NCBI GenBank assembly: GCA_025351485.1
Contig: JANXVU010000089.1
Coordinates: forward strand, 6,513 to 70,512
Direction of reading: 5' to 3'
DNA from: Candidatus Eiseniibacteriota bacterium
Lineage (GTDB): Bacteria; Eisenbacteria; RBG-16-71-46; JACRLI01
Length of the DNA: 64,000 nt
The first letter of the stretch is position 1. Every line of letters begins with the position of its first letter. The notes beneath the pieces were generated by a model. The model was not told where the DNA came from and did no database searches. It saw only the letters and a program-made list of their open reading frames with translations. Both the position numbers and the translations under genes were made by a program. Of the stretch, positions 1 through 9,170 are shown in pieces.

Positions 1-534
1 GACAACTCCACCGTGCTCAAGCGACTGGGCCTGGAGCCGAAGAAGTACGCCGCCCTCACGCTCCACCGCCCCGCGAACGTGGACGACGAGAAATCGCTGG
101 GCGCGCTGCTGGATGCCATCGGACAACTGCCCGCCGAGCTTCCCGTGGTGTTCCCGGTGCATCCCCGCACGCGCGAACGCCTGGCCGCTTACGCCGCGGC
201 CGGCCCCGCCAACCTGCGCCTGCTGGATCCGCTCGGCTACCTGGACTTCATGAAGCTCATCAAGGACGCCCGCCTGGTGCTGACCGATTCCGGGGGCATC
301 CAGGAGGAGACCACCGTCCTCGGAGTTCCATGCCTCACGCTCCGGTCCAACACCGAGAGGCCGGTGACCGTCACCGAAGGAACCAACATCCTGGTGGGCA
401 GCGACACCGCTCTCATGTTGGAGGAGTGCCGCAAGATCCTGGCTGGCCAGGGCAAGCAAGGCCGGATCCCCCGGCTGTGGGACGGCCACGCCGCCGAGCG
501 CATTGCCGCGATCCTGGAAAACCAGCTGGCATGA
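1..534 (+). CDS. wecB: UDP-N-acetylglucosamine 2-epimerase (non-hydrolysing), C-terminal fragment; the gene starts upstream of the window
   Basis: The translated frame (…VFPVHPRTRERL…LVLTDSGGIQEETTVLGVPCLTLRSNTERPVTV…) matches the conserved C-terminal half of WecB/MnaA epimerases. The ORF is open to position 1. Confidence 0.8.
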   Translation, partial: DNSTVLKRLGLEPKKYAALTLHRPANVDDEKSLGALLDAIGQLPAELPVVFPVHPRTRERLAAYAAAGPANLRLLDPLGYLDFMKLIKDARLVLTDSGGIQEETTVLGVPCLTLRSNTERPVTVTEGTNILVGSDTALMLEECRKILAGQGKQGRIPRLWDGHAAERIAAILENQLA

Positions 535-1538
535 CCGCACCGGACAGATTCGATGAACTGCGCTGCCCCGGGTGCGCCGGGGCGCTGCTGCGCGCGCAAG
601 ACGCCCTCCAGTGTCCGAACTGTTCCGAGAGCTTTCCCGTGGTGGACGGCATTCCACGCATGCTGCTGCCGCCGCTTCGGGAAGCGCTCCTGGGCGGGGC
701 CGGTGGGGGCTCGGCTTCGGAGCGGCGCAAGGTGGAGACGGCGCTCAGCTTCGGCTACGAGTGGAGCCGGTTCAACACCATGTACGCCGAGTGGGAAAAG
801 TCCTTCCTGGATTACATGCAGCCGCACGGCCGCGAATATTTTTCCGGCAAGAGCGTGCTGGACGCCGGCTGCGGCAGCGGTCGCCATGCCCACTACGCCG
901 CCCGGTTCGGAGCCCGCGTGTGGGCGGCCGACCTGGGCCCGGCGATCGAGGTGGCGCGCCGGAACGCGGGATCGGCGGGGGACATCGCGTTCGTGCAGTC
1001 GGACCTCTACCGGCTGCCCTTCGCGCCCGAGAGTTTCGACATGGTCTACTCGCTGGGGGTGCTGCACCACCTGCCCGATCCCGAGGCCGGCTTCCGGAGC
1101 CTGCTCCGCCTCGTCAAGCCCGGCGGCGAAGTGCAGATCTACCTTTACTGGAAACCCGAGGGCCAGCCGGTCAAGGCCGCCCTGCTCGCCCTGGTCGGCG
1201 GCATGCGCGAGATCACCCGGCGGATGCCGCATCCGCTGTTGCATGCGCTTTCCTACCCGCTGGCGACGGCTGCGTTTCTGTTCTTTGTGTGGCCCTACAA
1301 CTTGCTTCGGGCCATCCCCGCCACCCGCTCCATCGCCGAGAAGCTCCCCATGAAACAGTACGCCGCCTATCCCTTTCGCGTGTGCGTGAACGACCAGTTC
1401 GACCGGTTTTCCGCGCCCATCGAGAACCGCTACACGCAGGGCGAAGTGCGCGGATGGCTCGAGCGGGCGGGGCTCGAGAACATCCAGGTGCTGCCCAACT
1501 TCGGGTGGCTGGGGACGGGCCGCAAGCCGCTGCGCTAG
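531..1538 (+). CDS. Class I SAM-dependent methyltransferase with N-terminal Trm112-like zinc-ribbon (CPGC…CPNC)
   Basis: Motif I VLDAGCGSGRH and the rest of the MTase fold (…SFDMVYSLGVLHHLPDP…) are present. The ATG overlaps the wecB stop (ATGA). The C-terminal portion is hydrophobic. Confidence 0.7.
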   Translation: MTAPDRFDELRCPGCAGALLRAQDALQCPNCSESFPVVDGIPRMLLPPLREALLGGAGGGSASERRKVETALSFGYEWSRFNTMYAEWEKSFLDYMQPHGREYFSGKSVLDAGCGSGRHAHYAARFGARVWAADLGPAIEVARRNAGSAGDIAFVQSDLYRLPFAPESFDMVYSLGVLHHLPDPEAGFRSLLRLVKPGGEVQIYLYWKPEGQPVKAALLALVGGMREITRRMPHPLLHALSYPLATAAFLFFVWPYNLLRAIPATRSIAEKLPMKQYAAYPFRVCVNDQFDRFSAPIENRYTQGEVRGWLERAGLENIQVLPNFGWLGTGRKPLR

Positions 1539-1721
1539 TTCCCCTGGCCCCCCCGGGCGCGGCTTACGGATTCCTACCGTCAGGCGTAGAGTTATGAGCG
1601 TCAGGGAGCGGGGAATTTCAGATTTCTTCCATGCAATCACCGGCACAAGGAGGTCGCCCAGCTGACGTTCCATGCTTTGGGGAACGCTCGTTTCAAGCGA
1701 TGGACCCGAAGAGGACGTGTC

Positions 1722-2411
1722 ATGAACCGATGGCTAGCACTCGCCGCAGTTACTTTCCTCGTGCAGCTTGGCTCCGCTGATCCCGCTCCGGCAGGACCGA
1801 ACGCCGCCGCGTCCGCGCGCATTTACTGGCAGACCGGGATCAACGGCGCCGGGTCGCCCAACAACGGCTCCGCCAGCCCCAATCCCCAGTTCGTGGTTAC
1901 CTGCAAGGGCGTCCAGAATCTTCGCGGGGCCGAAGTGCAAGTATTGCTCAGCGGAGGCTTCGGTCCGCTCACGCCCGCTTGGCAATTTGAGCCGGGAGGA
2001 TGCGCCGAAGGCAGCGCCCAGTTCTACCTGGGCGGGCGGGGCGGTACCTATCCGAATGTGTTTACCGCAACCCCGGCCGTCCCCGGGCTGGTCATCGCCC
2101 AGAACTCGGCTCTGTTCAACACCGGCGACTGTCGCACTCCGCATGGCGTTGAAATGCTCTGGCTCTCCTGCATTGGCGATTCCGGAAGGGTCCGGGATGC
2201 GAGCAAGGAATACGCAGTGTGGGCGGTCCAGTTTGACGCCAACACCCATTCCCCGGTGGATGGAACGCCCTGCCCGCGAGCGCTCGACGACCTGGAAGTC
2301 CAGAACCTGGTCTGCGTCTTCCCGAATTTCAGGATCCCCTGCACGCAGCCCGGTCATGGGGCGGCCATGTCCCTGATCGGCCGATGGAACCGCCGACTAC
2401 GTCCCGTTTGA
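1722..2411 (+). CDS. Secreted hypothetical protein (paralog A of a tandem pair)
   Basis: N-terminal signal peptide MNRWLALAAVTFLVQLGSA. It shares conserved blocks (ARIYWQ…, …CKG…LRG.EVQ…, GGRGG.YPNVF, AVPGL, GDCRT.HG, REYA.W) with the downstream ORF 2523-3185. Confidence 0.55.
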   Translation: MNRWLALAAVTFLVQLGSADPAPAGPNAAASARIYWQTGINGAGSPNNGSASPNPQFVVTCKGVQNLRGAEVQVLLSGGFGPLTPAWQFEPGGCAEGSAQFYLGGRGGTYPNVFTATPAVPGLVIAQNSALFNTGDCRTPHGVEMLWLSCIGDSGRVRDASKEYAVWAVQFDANTHSPVDGTPCPRALDDLEVQNLVCVFPNFRIPCTQPGHGAAMSLIGRWNRRLRPV

Positions 2412-2522
2412 ATCCGGCCATACGCTCCTCATCTGGTCCCTCAACAGTATCGGAGGTTGCGAGTGCTCCGACTGCTTCCCGGTTGTCCCAAAGACGTGGG
2501 GTTGGTTGAGGCGGAGCTATAG

Positions 2523-3185
2523 GTGAGCCGGCCCGGCGGGCCGGGCCGCACCGCGGCTCTGGCCATGCCGCTGTTGCTGGGCGTGGCCGCGTTCGCCCAC
2601 GCCGGCCTCAACGCCGGCGCCGAGGCGCGGCTGTATTGGCAGAGTACATCCAATGGGACAGGGCTGGCCGCGCGAGACAACACTTCCAGCGCACCCAATC
2701 TGCTGGTTACGGTCAAAGGCCTCAAGAGCCTCCGGGGCGTGGAAGTTCAACTCTTCATCAACTCGTTCGACGGTGCAGGAGTTCCAGCCGCCTGGCACAT
2801 GGAATCCGGCGGTTGCGCCGATGGGTTTGCTACCTTCAACCCGGGTGGGCGTGGCGGACTCTATCCGAACGTTTTCAATGATTCGGTCGCTGTACCGGGG
2901 TTGCATGTCGTCGAAAACACCATGCTTCTTGGAACCGGTGATTGTCGCACGCACCACGGGATCGGCCAGTTTCACCTGGCCGCGGTTGGGGAAGCCGGCT
3001 CGGCGAGGAATCCATCCCGGGAATATGCGATCTGGTCGATCAACTTCGATCTAGCCAACTCCACCGACTCCCTCGGCGTTCCCTGTGCCGGTGGGCAGCG
3101 GCGATCTTGTGGGCCCCCGGGGTGTGTGTTTTGGCCCCGCCATCAATCCGTTTTGTGGCGGGGTGCGGGATTTCTACGCGATTGA
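2523..3185 (+). CDS. Secreted hypothetical protein (paralog B), possibly frameshifted with the coding sequence continuing in ORF 3085-3357
   Basis: GTG start, signal peptide (AMPLLLGVAAFAHA), and the same conserved blocks as paralog A. The C-terminal similarity to paralog A (…DDLEVQNLVCVFPNFRI… versus …ADMLDIACLSPGFQDL…) appears in a different frame (3085-3357). Confidence 0.5.
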   Translation: MSRPGGPGRTAALAMPLLLGVAAFAHAGLNAGAEARLYWQSTSNGTGLAARDNTSSAPNLLVTVKGLKSLRGVEVQLFINSFDGAGVPAAWHMESGGCADGFATFNPGGRGGLYPNVFNDSVAVPGLHVVENTMLLGTGDCRTHHGIGQFHLAAVGEAGSARNPSREYAIWSINFDLANSTDSLGVPCAGGQRRSCGPPGCVFWPRHQSVLWRGAGFLRD

Positions 3186-3524
3186 ACCCATCGATGGGGC
3201 GGATATGCTGGACATCGCCTGCCTGTCGCCGGGATTCCAGGACCTGACATGGAATTGGGCGAGCGGGACCTACTCGTATCCTAGGGGCTGCTGCCCATTC
3301 GGCTGCCCTGCTGTCGCACCCACCACCTGGGGGAAGCTCAGGAAAACCTACCACTAGCGCGCCGATCTGCCCCTTGGAACCCCCGGCCGCCCTTGGCGGT
3401 ACCCGATTTGACCGGCCTCCTCTTCTCGCTTCGAAATTTCTTTAAGTTATTTAATTACAATTGTTTAAACATACTCCAAAAACCCATTAGATTCAATTTA
3501 TGTAAGAGTCTCCGCCCCCTGCCG

Positions 3525-3533
3525 TGGTATAAT
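3525..3533 (+). promoter_or_regulatory. Extended -10 promoter element TGGTATAAT inside an AT-rich island, about 100 nt upstream of wza
   Basis: TGnTATAAT matches the extended -10 consensus exactly. It is embedded in an unusually AT-rich 200 nt stretch within a 70% GC genome. Confidence 0.4.
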
Positions 3534-3630
3534 TCCCTCTCTGGAACATCGCTACCGAGCAGGGCTTAACGCGGCCGAGTGGGGCCCGTGCCGGCCCGAA
3601 ATCCGTGCCCCCTCGGAGGTCATCCGCCTC

Positions 3631-5190
3631 TTGCGTTCCATCCGATCCAGCTTCCTCGCGTGGCTCCTGGTATTTTCATCCGTCCTCCTTGGCTCGCGCC
3701 CGGCCGGCGCCGCGGGCGTGTTCAGCGCGTCCGAAGAGCGGCCGGCCCCAAGGGAGCCGCTGCCGTCCATGCCGCTGGATCGTGCTCTCGATCCCCTCAC
3801 CTACCGGCTGGGGCCGGGGGACCAGCTGGGGCTCAGCGCCGGTGGGATTTCCGATTTCAACGTGAACCTCACCGTGAGCCCCGAAGGCACCATCCGCGTG
3901 CCCAACCTGGGAGTTCGCCGGGTGGCGGGGCAGACCCTGGAGTCCACGCGGCGCATGATCGCCGCCGACCTGCAGAAGTTCTTCACCCGGGGGCCGGTCG
4001 AGGTGGTGCTGCTGCGCCCGCGCAGCTACAAGGTGGTGGTCGCGGGAGATCTCGATCGCCCCGGCACGGTGGTGCTGGCGGGTCCGGGCCGCGTGTACGA
4101 CGCCATCTCGCTTGCAGGCGGACTGCGCGGCAGCCCGCGCCGCAACATCGTGCTGAAGCGCGGCGGCCGCGAGATGCTGCTCGATCTGGTCGCGTTCCAG
4201 CGCCTGGGCGACATCTCGCAGAACCCGATGCTGGAAGACGGCGACGTGCTGGTGGTGCGTGCGCCCCTTGGCGTGGTGCGGATCTACGGCGGCGTGAACT
4301 ACCCCGGCGAATACGAGTACCGTGAGGGCGAAAGCCTGGGCCGGCTGGTGGAGGTGGCGGGCGGGTTCGAGCCTTCGGCCGATACTTCGCGCATCCGGCT
4401 GCTGCGCTTTCGCGGGCCTGAGTCTTCCGATACGCTTACGCTGGGCGCGACTTCCGTGGCCGGTGCCATGACCCTGCGCGACGGGGACCGGGTGTTTATT
4501 TCCCAGGACGCCGGCTTCCACGCGTCGTCCCAGGTCCAGATCTCGGGCCAGGTGCGCCGGCCCGGCATCTACCCGATCGAGACGGGCAGGAGCCGGCTCT
4601 CGGAGATCCTCGCGCTCGCCGGGGGCCTCGCGCCGGACGCGGACTCGGAGCGCGTGGCGCTGCTGCGGCCCACCGAGAACCCGCCCCAGGACACCGCCTA
4701 CGTCAGTTACCTGCTCCGCGGCCAGGACCTGAAGGGCTTCGAGCGCGAGTATGCCAAGATGCGCTCGCGCACCCGCGCCCAGATGTCGCTCCAAGTGAGG
4801 GACGCCCTGCGCTCGCCCGGCTCCTCCGCCGATCCGGTGCTCGTGGACGGCGATATCCTGCTGGTGCCGCGTCAGGCCACCTCCATCCTGGTGCAGGGCG
4901 AAGTGGTCCGGCCCGGCCTGGTGCCGTTCCAGGCGGGGGGCGATCTATCCGTCTACGTGCGCGCCGCGGGCGGATACACCGGCGCGGCCGACAAGGGCAG
5001 CCTGTGGGTGACGCTGGGCACGACCCGGCAGATGGTGCCAGCGTGCGACGCGCCGCCGCTGCGCGCGGGCGACGTGGTGTGGGTGCCCGCGAAGGAGCAC
5101 GGCAACTTCTGGAACACCTTCAAGGACGTGCTGCTGGTGGCGGCCCAGCTCAGCACGCTCTACCTCGTCGTCCACGACGCGACCAAGTGA
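3631..5190 (+). CDS. wza: Polysaccharide export outer-membrane protein (Wza/GumB family, SLBB domains)
   Basis: Signal peptide, then the polysaccharide-export motif (PLTYRLGPGDQLGLS…VSPEGTIRVP…G.T..E) and repeated SLBB-like segments (GDVLVV…, GDRVFI…, GDILLVP…). Confidence 0.8.
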   Translation: MRSIRSSFLAWLLVFSSVLLGSRPAGAAGVFSASEERPAPREPLPSMPLDRALDPLTYRLGPGDQLGLSAGGISDFNVNLTVSPEGTIRVPNLGVRRVAGQTLESTRRMIAADLQKFFTRGPVEVVLLRPRSYKVVVAGDLDRPGTVVLAGPGRVYDAISLAGGLRGSPRRNIVLKRGGREMLLDLVAFQRLGDISQNPMLEDGDVLVVRAPLGVVRIYGGVNYPGEYEYREGESLGRLVEVAGGFEPSADTSRIRLLRFRGPESSDTLTLGATSVAGAMTLRDGDRVFISQDAGFHASSQVQISGQVRRPGIYPIETGRSRLSEILALAGGLAPDADSERVALLRPTENPPQDTAYVSYLLRGQDLKGFEREYAKMRSRTRAQMSLQVRDALRSPGSSADPVLVDGDILLVPRQATSILVQGEVVRPGLVPFQAGGDLSVYVRAAGGYTGAADKGSLWVTLGTTRQMVPACDAPPLRAGDVVWVPAKEHGNFWNTFKDVLLVAAQLSTLYLVVHDATK

Positions 5191-5204
5191 GGGGACAACT
5201 TCCG

Positions 5205-6311
5205 ATGCGGCCTTTCCCGGAACCCGAGCCCCTGCGTTCTTCCCAGTCGTTCACGGCGCTGGTGATGGAGCTGCTGCGCAGCCGCCGGCGCGCCTGGCTC
5301 ACGAACTGGCTGGTGGTGGTGGTGCTGGCCGCCGGGGTGAGCCTGCTGCTGCCCAAGTGGTACGTGGCCACCGCCACGCTGCTTCCGCCCTCCAGCGAGT
5401 CGGACCTGTCGTTTAATTTTTCCATGCTGCTGCGGGGCGGCGACCTCTCCCGCGGGGCGCTTCCGCGCACCACCAGCCCCGAGGACAACTTCACCGCCAT
5501 CCTGACCAGCCGGGCGCTCTCTCGCGCGGCCGTCCAGAAATTCGACCTGGCCGGGGAGTACCACTCGAAGCGCGAGAGCGAGGCCATTGCCGAGTTCGCC
5601 GAACACCTGCACGTCGGGACCACCCGGGAAGGGGTGGTGTTCATCTCGGTGGAGGACCGCTCGGCGCGCCGCGCGGCGGACCTGGCCAACTTCCTGGTGG
5701 ACGAGCTGGACCGCTTCAACAAGGACGTGCGCATGACCGCCGGCAAGAGCGCCCGGCTGTTCGTGGAGACGCGCCTGAAGGAGACCGAGCAGGCGCTTCG
5801 CCGGGCCGAGGACAACTTGAAGGCGCTGGGCGTCCGCGACGCGCTTCCGGTGACCTCCGGATCTTCGGACGCCACGGCCGGCACCGGCGTGATGGCCCAG
5901 CGAATCGCGCTTCAGGTAAGGCTCCAGACATTGCTCCAGACCCAGAGCGAGGGGAGCGAGGAAGTGCGCCGCACCCGCGCCGAGCTGGACGCGCTGGACC
6001 GCGAGCTGCGCCGGCTGCCGCAGAGCGGCACCGAGGCCGCCCGCCTGATCCGGGAGGTCAAGATCCAGGACCAGGTGTATACCTTGCTCACCCAGCAGTT
6101 CGAGGAGGCCAAGGTCCGCGAGCACAAGGACACGCCCACGGTGCAGGTGCTGGACCGCGCCGAGGCGCCCGACCGCAAGGCCCGCCCCAAGAGAGGCCTG
6201 ATCGTGATCGCCGCCGCGCTGCTCGGGCTCGTGGAAAGCACCTTGTGGGTGCTGTACCTGGAGCGCCGCCGCGTGCTTCCGTGGCTGCCGGGCGCGCGGT
6301 CGATTTCTTGA
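5205..6311 (+). CDS. Polysaccharide co-polymerase / chain-length determinant (Wzz/GumC-like), with no kinase domain
   Basis: N-terminal TM helix (WLVVVVLAAGVSLLL), a long coiled-coil periplasmic region and a C-terminal TM helix (GLIVIAAALLGLVESTLWVLY). Architecture and position after wza fit a Wzz-like PCP. Confidence 0.65.
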   Translation: MRPFPEPEPLRSSQSFTALVMELLRSRRRAWLTNWLVVVVLAAGVSLLLPKWYVATATLLPPSSESDLSFNFSMLLRGGDLSRGALPRTTSPEDNFTAILTSRALSRAAVQKFDLAGEYHSKRESEAIAEFAEHLHVGTTREGVVFISVEDRSARRAADLANFLVDELDRFNKDVRMTAGKSARLFVETRLKETEQALRRAEDNLKALGVRDALPVTSGSSDATAGTGVMAQRIALQVRLQTLLQTQSEGSEEVRRTRAELDALDRELRRLPQSGTEAARLIREVKIQDQVYTLLTQQFEEAKVREHKDTPTVQVLDRAEAPDRKARPKRGLIVIAAALLGLVESTLWVLYLERRRVLPWLPGARSIS

Positions 6312-6339
6312 GGGGCTCCGAGCCCTGGAGCATCGACCA

Positions 6340-7740
6340 GTGAGCCAAGTCGCCTCGAGCCGCGAACTGCCTGCATCCCGCGGCCTCCTCGCGGCCTTCC
6401 TGGGCGTGGCGCTGGCGGTCGTGTTTGCCGCCACCGCACCCAGGGGTATCTTCCTGGCGATCGGGGCCGCCGCCGTGTGCATGGCCGCCCTTTCACCGTG
6501 GTGGGGCACGCTGTTCGCAGCCGCCCTGCCGCTCGCCCTGCACGCGGACTTCATCAATCAGTACAAATTGCCTTTCTTCGGTTTCTCGCTCTACCCGCCG
6601 GACGTGGTGGCGCTGCTCCTGCTCTGGGCGCTCGTCATGTTCCACCTCACCGGCGCGCGCTACGGCCGGTCCGCCCGGCCCTCGGCGCTGCTCACCACGT
6701 TTCTCATGTACGCCTACCTGATGGGGGTGGTGGCGCTCTTCCGCGGCCTGGACCGGCGCGAGGTGCTCGCGGACGTGCGCCCGTTCGCGCAGTACGCCGT
6801 GGCGCTGCTCGTGCCCACCATGCTGTGCTCCAGGGAGCGGCTGCGCACGTTGCTGTGGGTGCTGCTGGCGGCCAGCGCGGCGGGCTCGGCGTACGGCGTG
6901 TACCACTCGCTCTCCAATCCCGGCCTGGTGGTCTACTCCCTCAGCCTGGGCTTCGCGCGCCTGACCGGCGGCAGCGAGGGCACGTACGCCCCGATGGCTT
7001 GCTTCGGGATCGCGGTCCTGGCGCTCAGCCGCTCCCGTGGACTGAGGACGATGGCGCTGGTGCAGGTGCCGCTGGCCGCGGCCGCCACCGTGCTCACCTA
7101 TTCCCGGGGTTCGTGGCTGGCCCTGATCGGGGGAGTGCTGGTGGTGGTGGGAGGCGTCGCGCTGCGCAATCCGAAGCGGGTACTCCCGGTGCTCGGCTCG
7201 ATCGCGGCCATGAGCGGGCTGGTGTTCGGCTGGCTGGTGTGGCGCGGCATTCCGCTCGGCGAGGCCGTGGCGGCGCGCAGCTCCGCCGCCGGCGCCGGCC
7301 GGGTGGACCTGGCGGTGGTCCAGCGACTCCTGGAATACCAGCAGGTGGCCTCGGCGTTCCTGGCCAATCCGTTTTTCGGGGCCGGGCCGGGGACGCTCTT
7401 TCACTACTTCATGCCCGGCCGCGGGTGGATGACCACCTCGTACACGCACAACTCGTTCTTCTACATCGCCTCCAAGTGGGGCGGGATCGGAATCGCCCTG
7501 TTCCTGGGCTTCTTCGCGCTTTTCCTGCTGCGCGCCGTCCCGGCGCTGCGGCGGGCGGTGCTGGAAGACCGCGCCGTGGCGCTGCTGGCGCTCAGCTCGG
7601 CGCTGGTCGCCCTGGGCATCAAGGCGCTCAGCACCTGGTTCCTGAACGAGTACACGGTGAGCCTGTGGGTCGGGGTGATGTTCGGCGCGCTGGACTGGAT
7701 GGGCCGGCCGGACCGCGACCTGCCCCCGGAGCTGCGATGA
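6340..7740 (+). CDS. O-antigen ligase/Wzy-like polymerase (multi-pass membrane protein)
   Basis: At least 10 predicted TM helices. Wzy_C/O-antigen-ligase-like loop (…LTYSRGSWLALIGG…). GTG start. Confidence 0.65.
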   Translation: MSQVASSRELPASRGLLAAFLGVALAVVFAATAPRGIFLAIGAAAVCMAALSPWWGTLFAAALPLALHADFINQYKLPFFGFSLYPPDVVALLLLWALVMFHLTGARYGRSARPSALLTTFLMYAYLMGVVALFRGLDRREVLADVRPFAQYAVALLVPTMLCSRERLRTLLWVLLAASAAGSAYGVYHSLSNPGLVVYSLSLGFARLTGGSEGTYAPMACFGIAVLALSRSRGLRTMALVQVPLAAAATVLTYSRGSWLALIGGVLVVVGGVALRNPKRVLPVLGSIAAMSGLVFGWLVWRGIPLGEAVAARSSAAGAGRVDLAVVQRLLEYQQVASAFLANPFFGAGPGTLFHYFMPGRGWMTTSYTHNSFFYIASKWGGIGIALFLGFFALFLLRAVPALRRAVLEDRAVALLALSSALVALGIKALSTWFLNEYTVSLWVGVMFGALDWMGRPDRDLPPELR

Positions 7741-9170
7741 GGCCGGGCTCGCGCCTGGCCCGCAACGTGGGACTGATGTCCGCCTCCGAAGTGGTCATCA
7801 AGCTCTTCACGCTGTCCTTTTTCATGCTCCTGGCACGGCGCCTGGGCGTGGAGGGGATGGGGCGCTGGACCTACGCTTTCACGTTCGTCAGCCTGTTCAT
7901 GAACTTTTTCAATTTTGGCCTGGCCATGCTCTATACCCGGGAAGCCGCCTCCCGGCCGGAGCAGGCGCAGTCGCTGCTGGACCGTTTTCTCCCGCTGCGG
8001 CTCCTGCTGGCGGGGGCCGGGCTGGCGCTGCTCATCCCGGTGGCCATGCTGGGGCGCAAGGCGGCCTCTCCGCTGCTGGTGGGTGTGTTTGGCGTGGCCC
8101 TGGCGGGCTCCCTGCTCAGCGACCTGGTCCGCTCGGTTTTCCGGGCGCGTCAGCGCATGGAGTACGACGCGGCGCTGAATGTTGCCGAGCGCGGCCTGGC
8201 TTCGCTGATGGGCGTGGCTGCCCTGGCGTTGGGGTTCCACGTGCTGGGCACGGCCGCGGCGTGGGCCCTGGGCACGCTCGCGGCCGTGGGGCTCGCGGTG
8301 TTCTGGACCGGCAAGTCCGGCCTGCGCTGGCAGCCCCGGCTGGACCGGGCCGCGGCGGCGGCAATCCTGAAGCAGGCCGCCCCGCTCTTCTTCCTGGGCG
8401 TGCTGGCCACGCTGTACTTTCGCCAGGACGTGCTGTTCCTGAGATGGCTACGTACCGAACACGAGCTGGGGCTCTATGGAGCGGCCTACCGGGTCATCGA
8501 CATGCTGGTGTTCCTGCCGGGGAGCATGGCCCTGGCGTACTTGCCGGCCGCATCCAGCGCGCTGGCGCAATCCCCGGACGTGTTCCGGGCGCTGTGCCGC
8601 CGCTCGCTGGCCATCACCTTCACGCTGAGCGTGCCGCTGGCGGTGGTGCTGTGGTTCCGGGCCGACGACGTGGTCCGGATCCTGTTCGGCCCGCAGTTCG
8701 CGGGGGCCGCGGGCGCGGTGAGGGTGCTGGTCGGAACACTGCTGTTCTTCTTCGCGAACCCGATCCTGGGAAACACCCTGATCGCCGGCAACCTCCAGAA
8801 GCTGCCTGCCATCTCGGTCGGGATCGGCGTGGTGGTGAACGCGGGGCTCAATCTGTTCCTGATTCCGCGCATGGGGATCCTGGGCGCCGCCTGGGCCACG
8901 CTCCTGACCGAGGCCATGCTGTTCCTGGTGCAGGGCGCCTTCGTGGTGACCCGCCTGGTGCCCATGAACCTGTTCGCGCCCATGGCCCGGCCTATCCTTG
9001 CGGGCGCCGGCCTCGCTCTGGTGATGTGGTTGCTGCGCGGCATGCCGTTCTTCGTGGCGCTGGGATTGGCCGTGGCGAGCTACGTCGGCCTCGGGGCCCT
9101 GCTGCGCCTGTGGTCCCGGAGCGAGTTCCTGGCGCTGATCCCTCGCCGCACCGGAGGAGGCCTGCCGTGA
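7737..9170 (+). CDS. wzx: Wzx-type polysaccharide flippase (MOP superfamily)
   Basis: Polytopic membrane protein with the typical PST-family N-terminus (…SEVVIKLFTLSFFMLLARRLGVEGMGRWTY…). ATG overlaps the upstream stop (ATGA). Confidence 0.75.
   Translation: MRPGSRLARNVGLMSASEVVIKLFTLSFFMLLARRLGVEGMGRWTYAFTFVSLFMNFFNFGLAMLYTREAASRPEQAQSLLDRFLPLRLLLAGAGLALLIPVAMLGRKAASPLLVGVFGVALAGSLLSDLVRSVFRARQRMEYDAALNVAERGLASLMGVAALALGFHVLGTAAAWALGTLAAVGLAVFWTGKSGLRWQPRLDRAAAAAILKQAAPLFFLGVLATLYFRQDVLFLRWLRTEHELGLYGAAYRVIDMLVFLPGSMALAYLPAASSALAQSPDVFRALCRRSLAITFTLSVPLAVVLWFRADDVVRILFGPQFAGAAGAVRVLVGTLLFFFANPILGNTLIAGNLQKLPAISVGIGVVVNAGLNLFLIPRMGILGAAWATLLTEAMLFLVQGAFVVTRLVPMNLFAPMARPILAGAGLALVMWLLRGMPFFVALGLAVASYVGLGALLRLWSRSEFLALIPRRTGGGLP

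Noticed and set aside
237-1673. 478-aa ORF on the minus strand overlapping wecB and the methyltransferase
   Set aside because: Antisense to two well-supported genes. Composition is Arg/Gly/Pro-rich with no domain, which is typical stop-codon-poor antisense of high-GC coding DNA.
3676-4794. 372-aa minus-strand ORF inside wza
   Set aside because: Antisense artefact within a confidently assigned wza. Low-complexity R/A/G-rich translation.
5160-6557. 465-aa minus-strand ORF overlapping the wzz-like gene
   Set aside because: Antisense artefact. No motifs. The plus-strand gene has membrane topology and family features.
6477-7736. N-terminal about 420 aa of the 897-aa ORF 6477-9170 (same frame as wzx)
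   Set aside because: This portion is out of frame relative to the well-supported Wzy-like gene and is Arg/Pro/Gly-rich nonsense. Only the part from the ATG at 7737 encodes the flippase.
8261-9166. Upstream extension of ORF 8261-10111 (GT2 frame)
   Set aside because: Overlaps the wzx coding sequence in another frame. The GT2 domain begins at the GTG at 9167.
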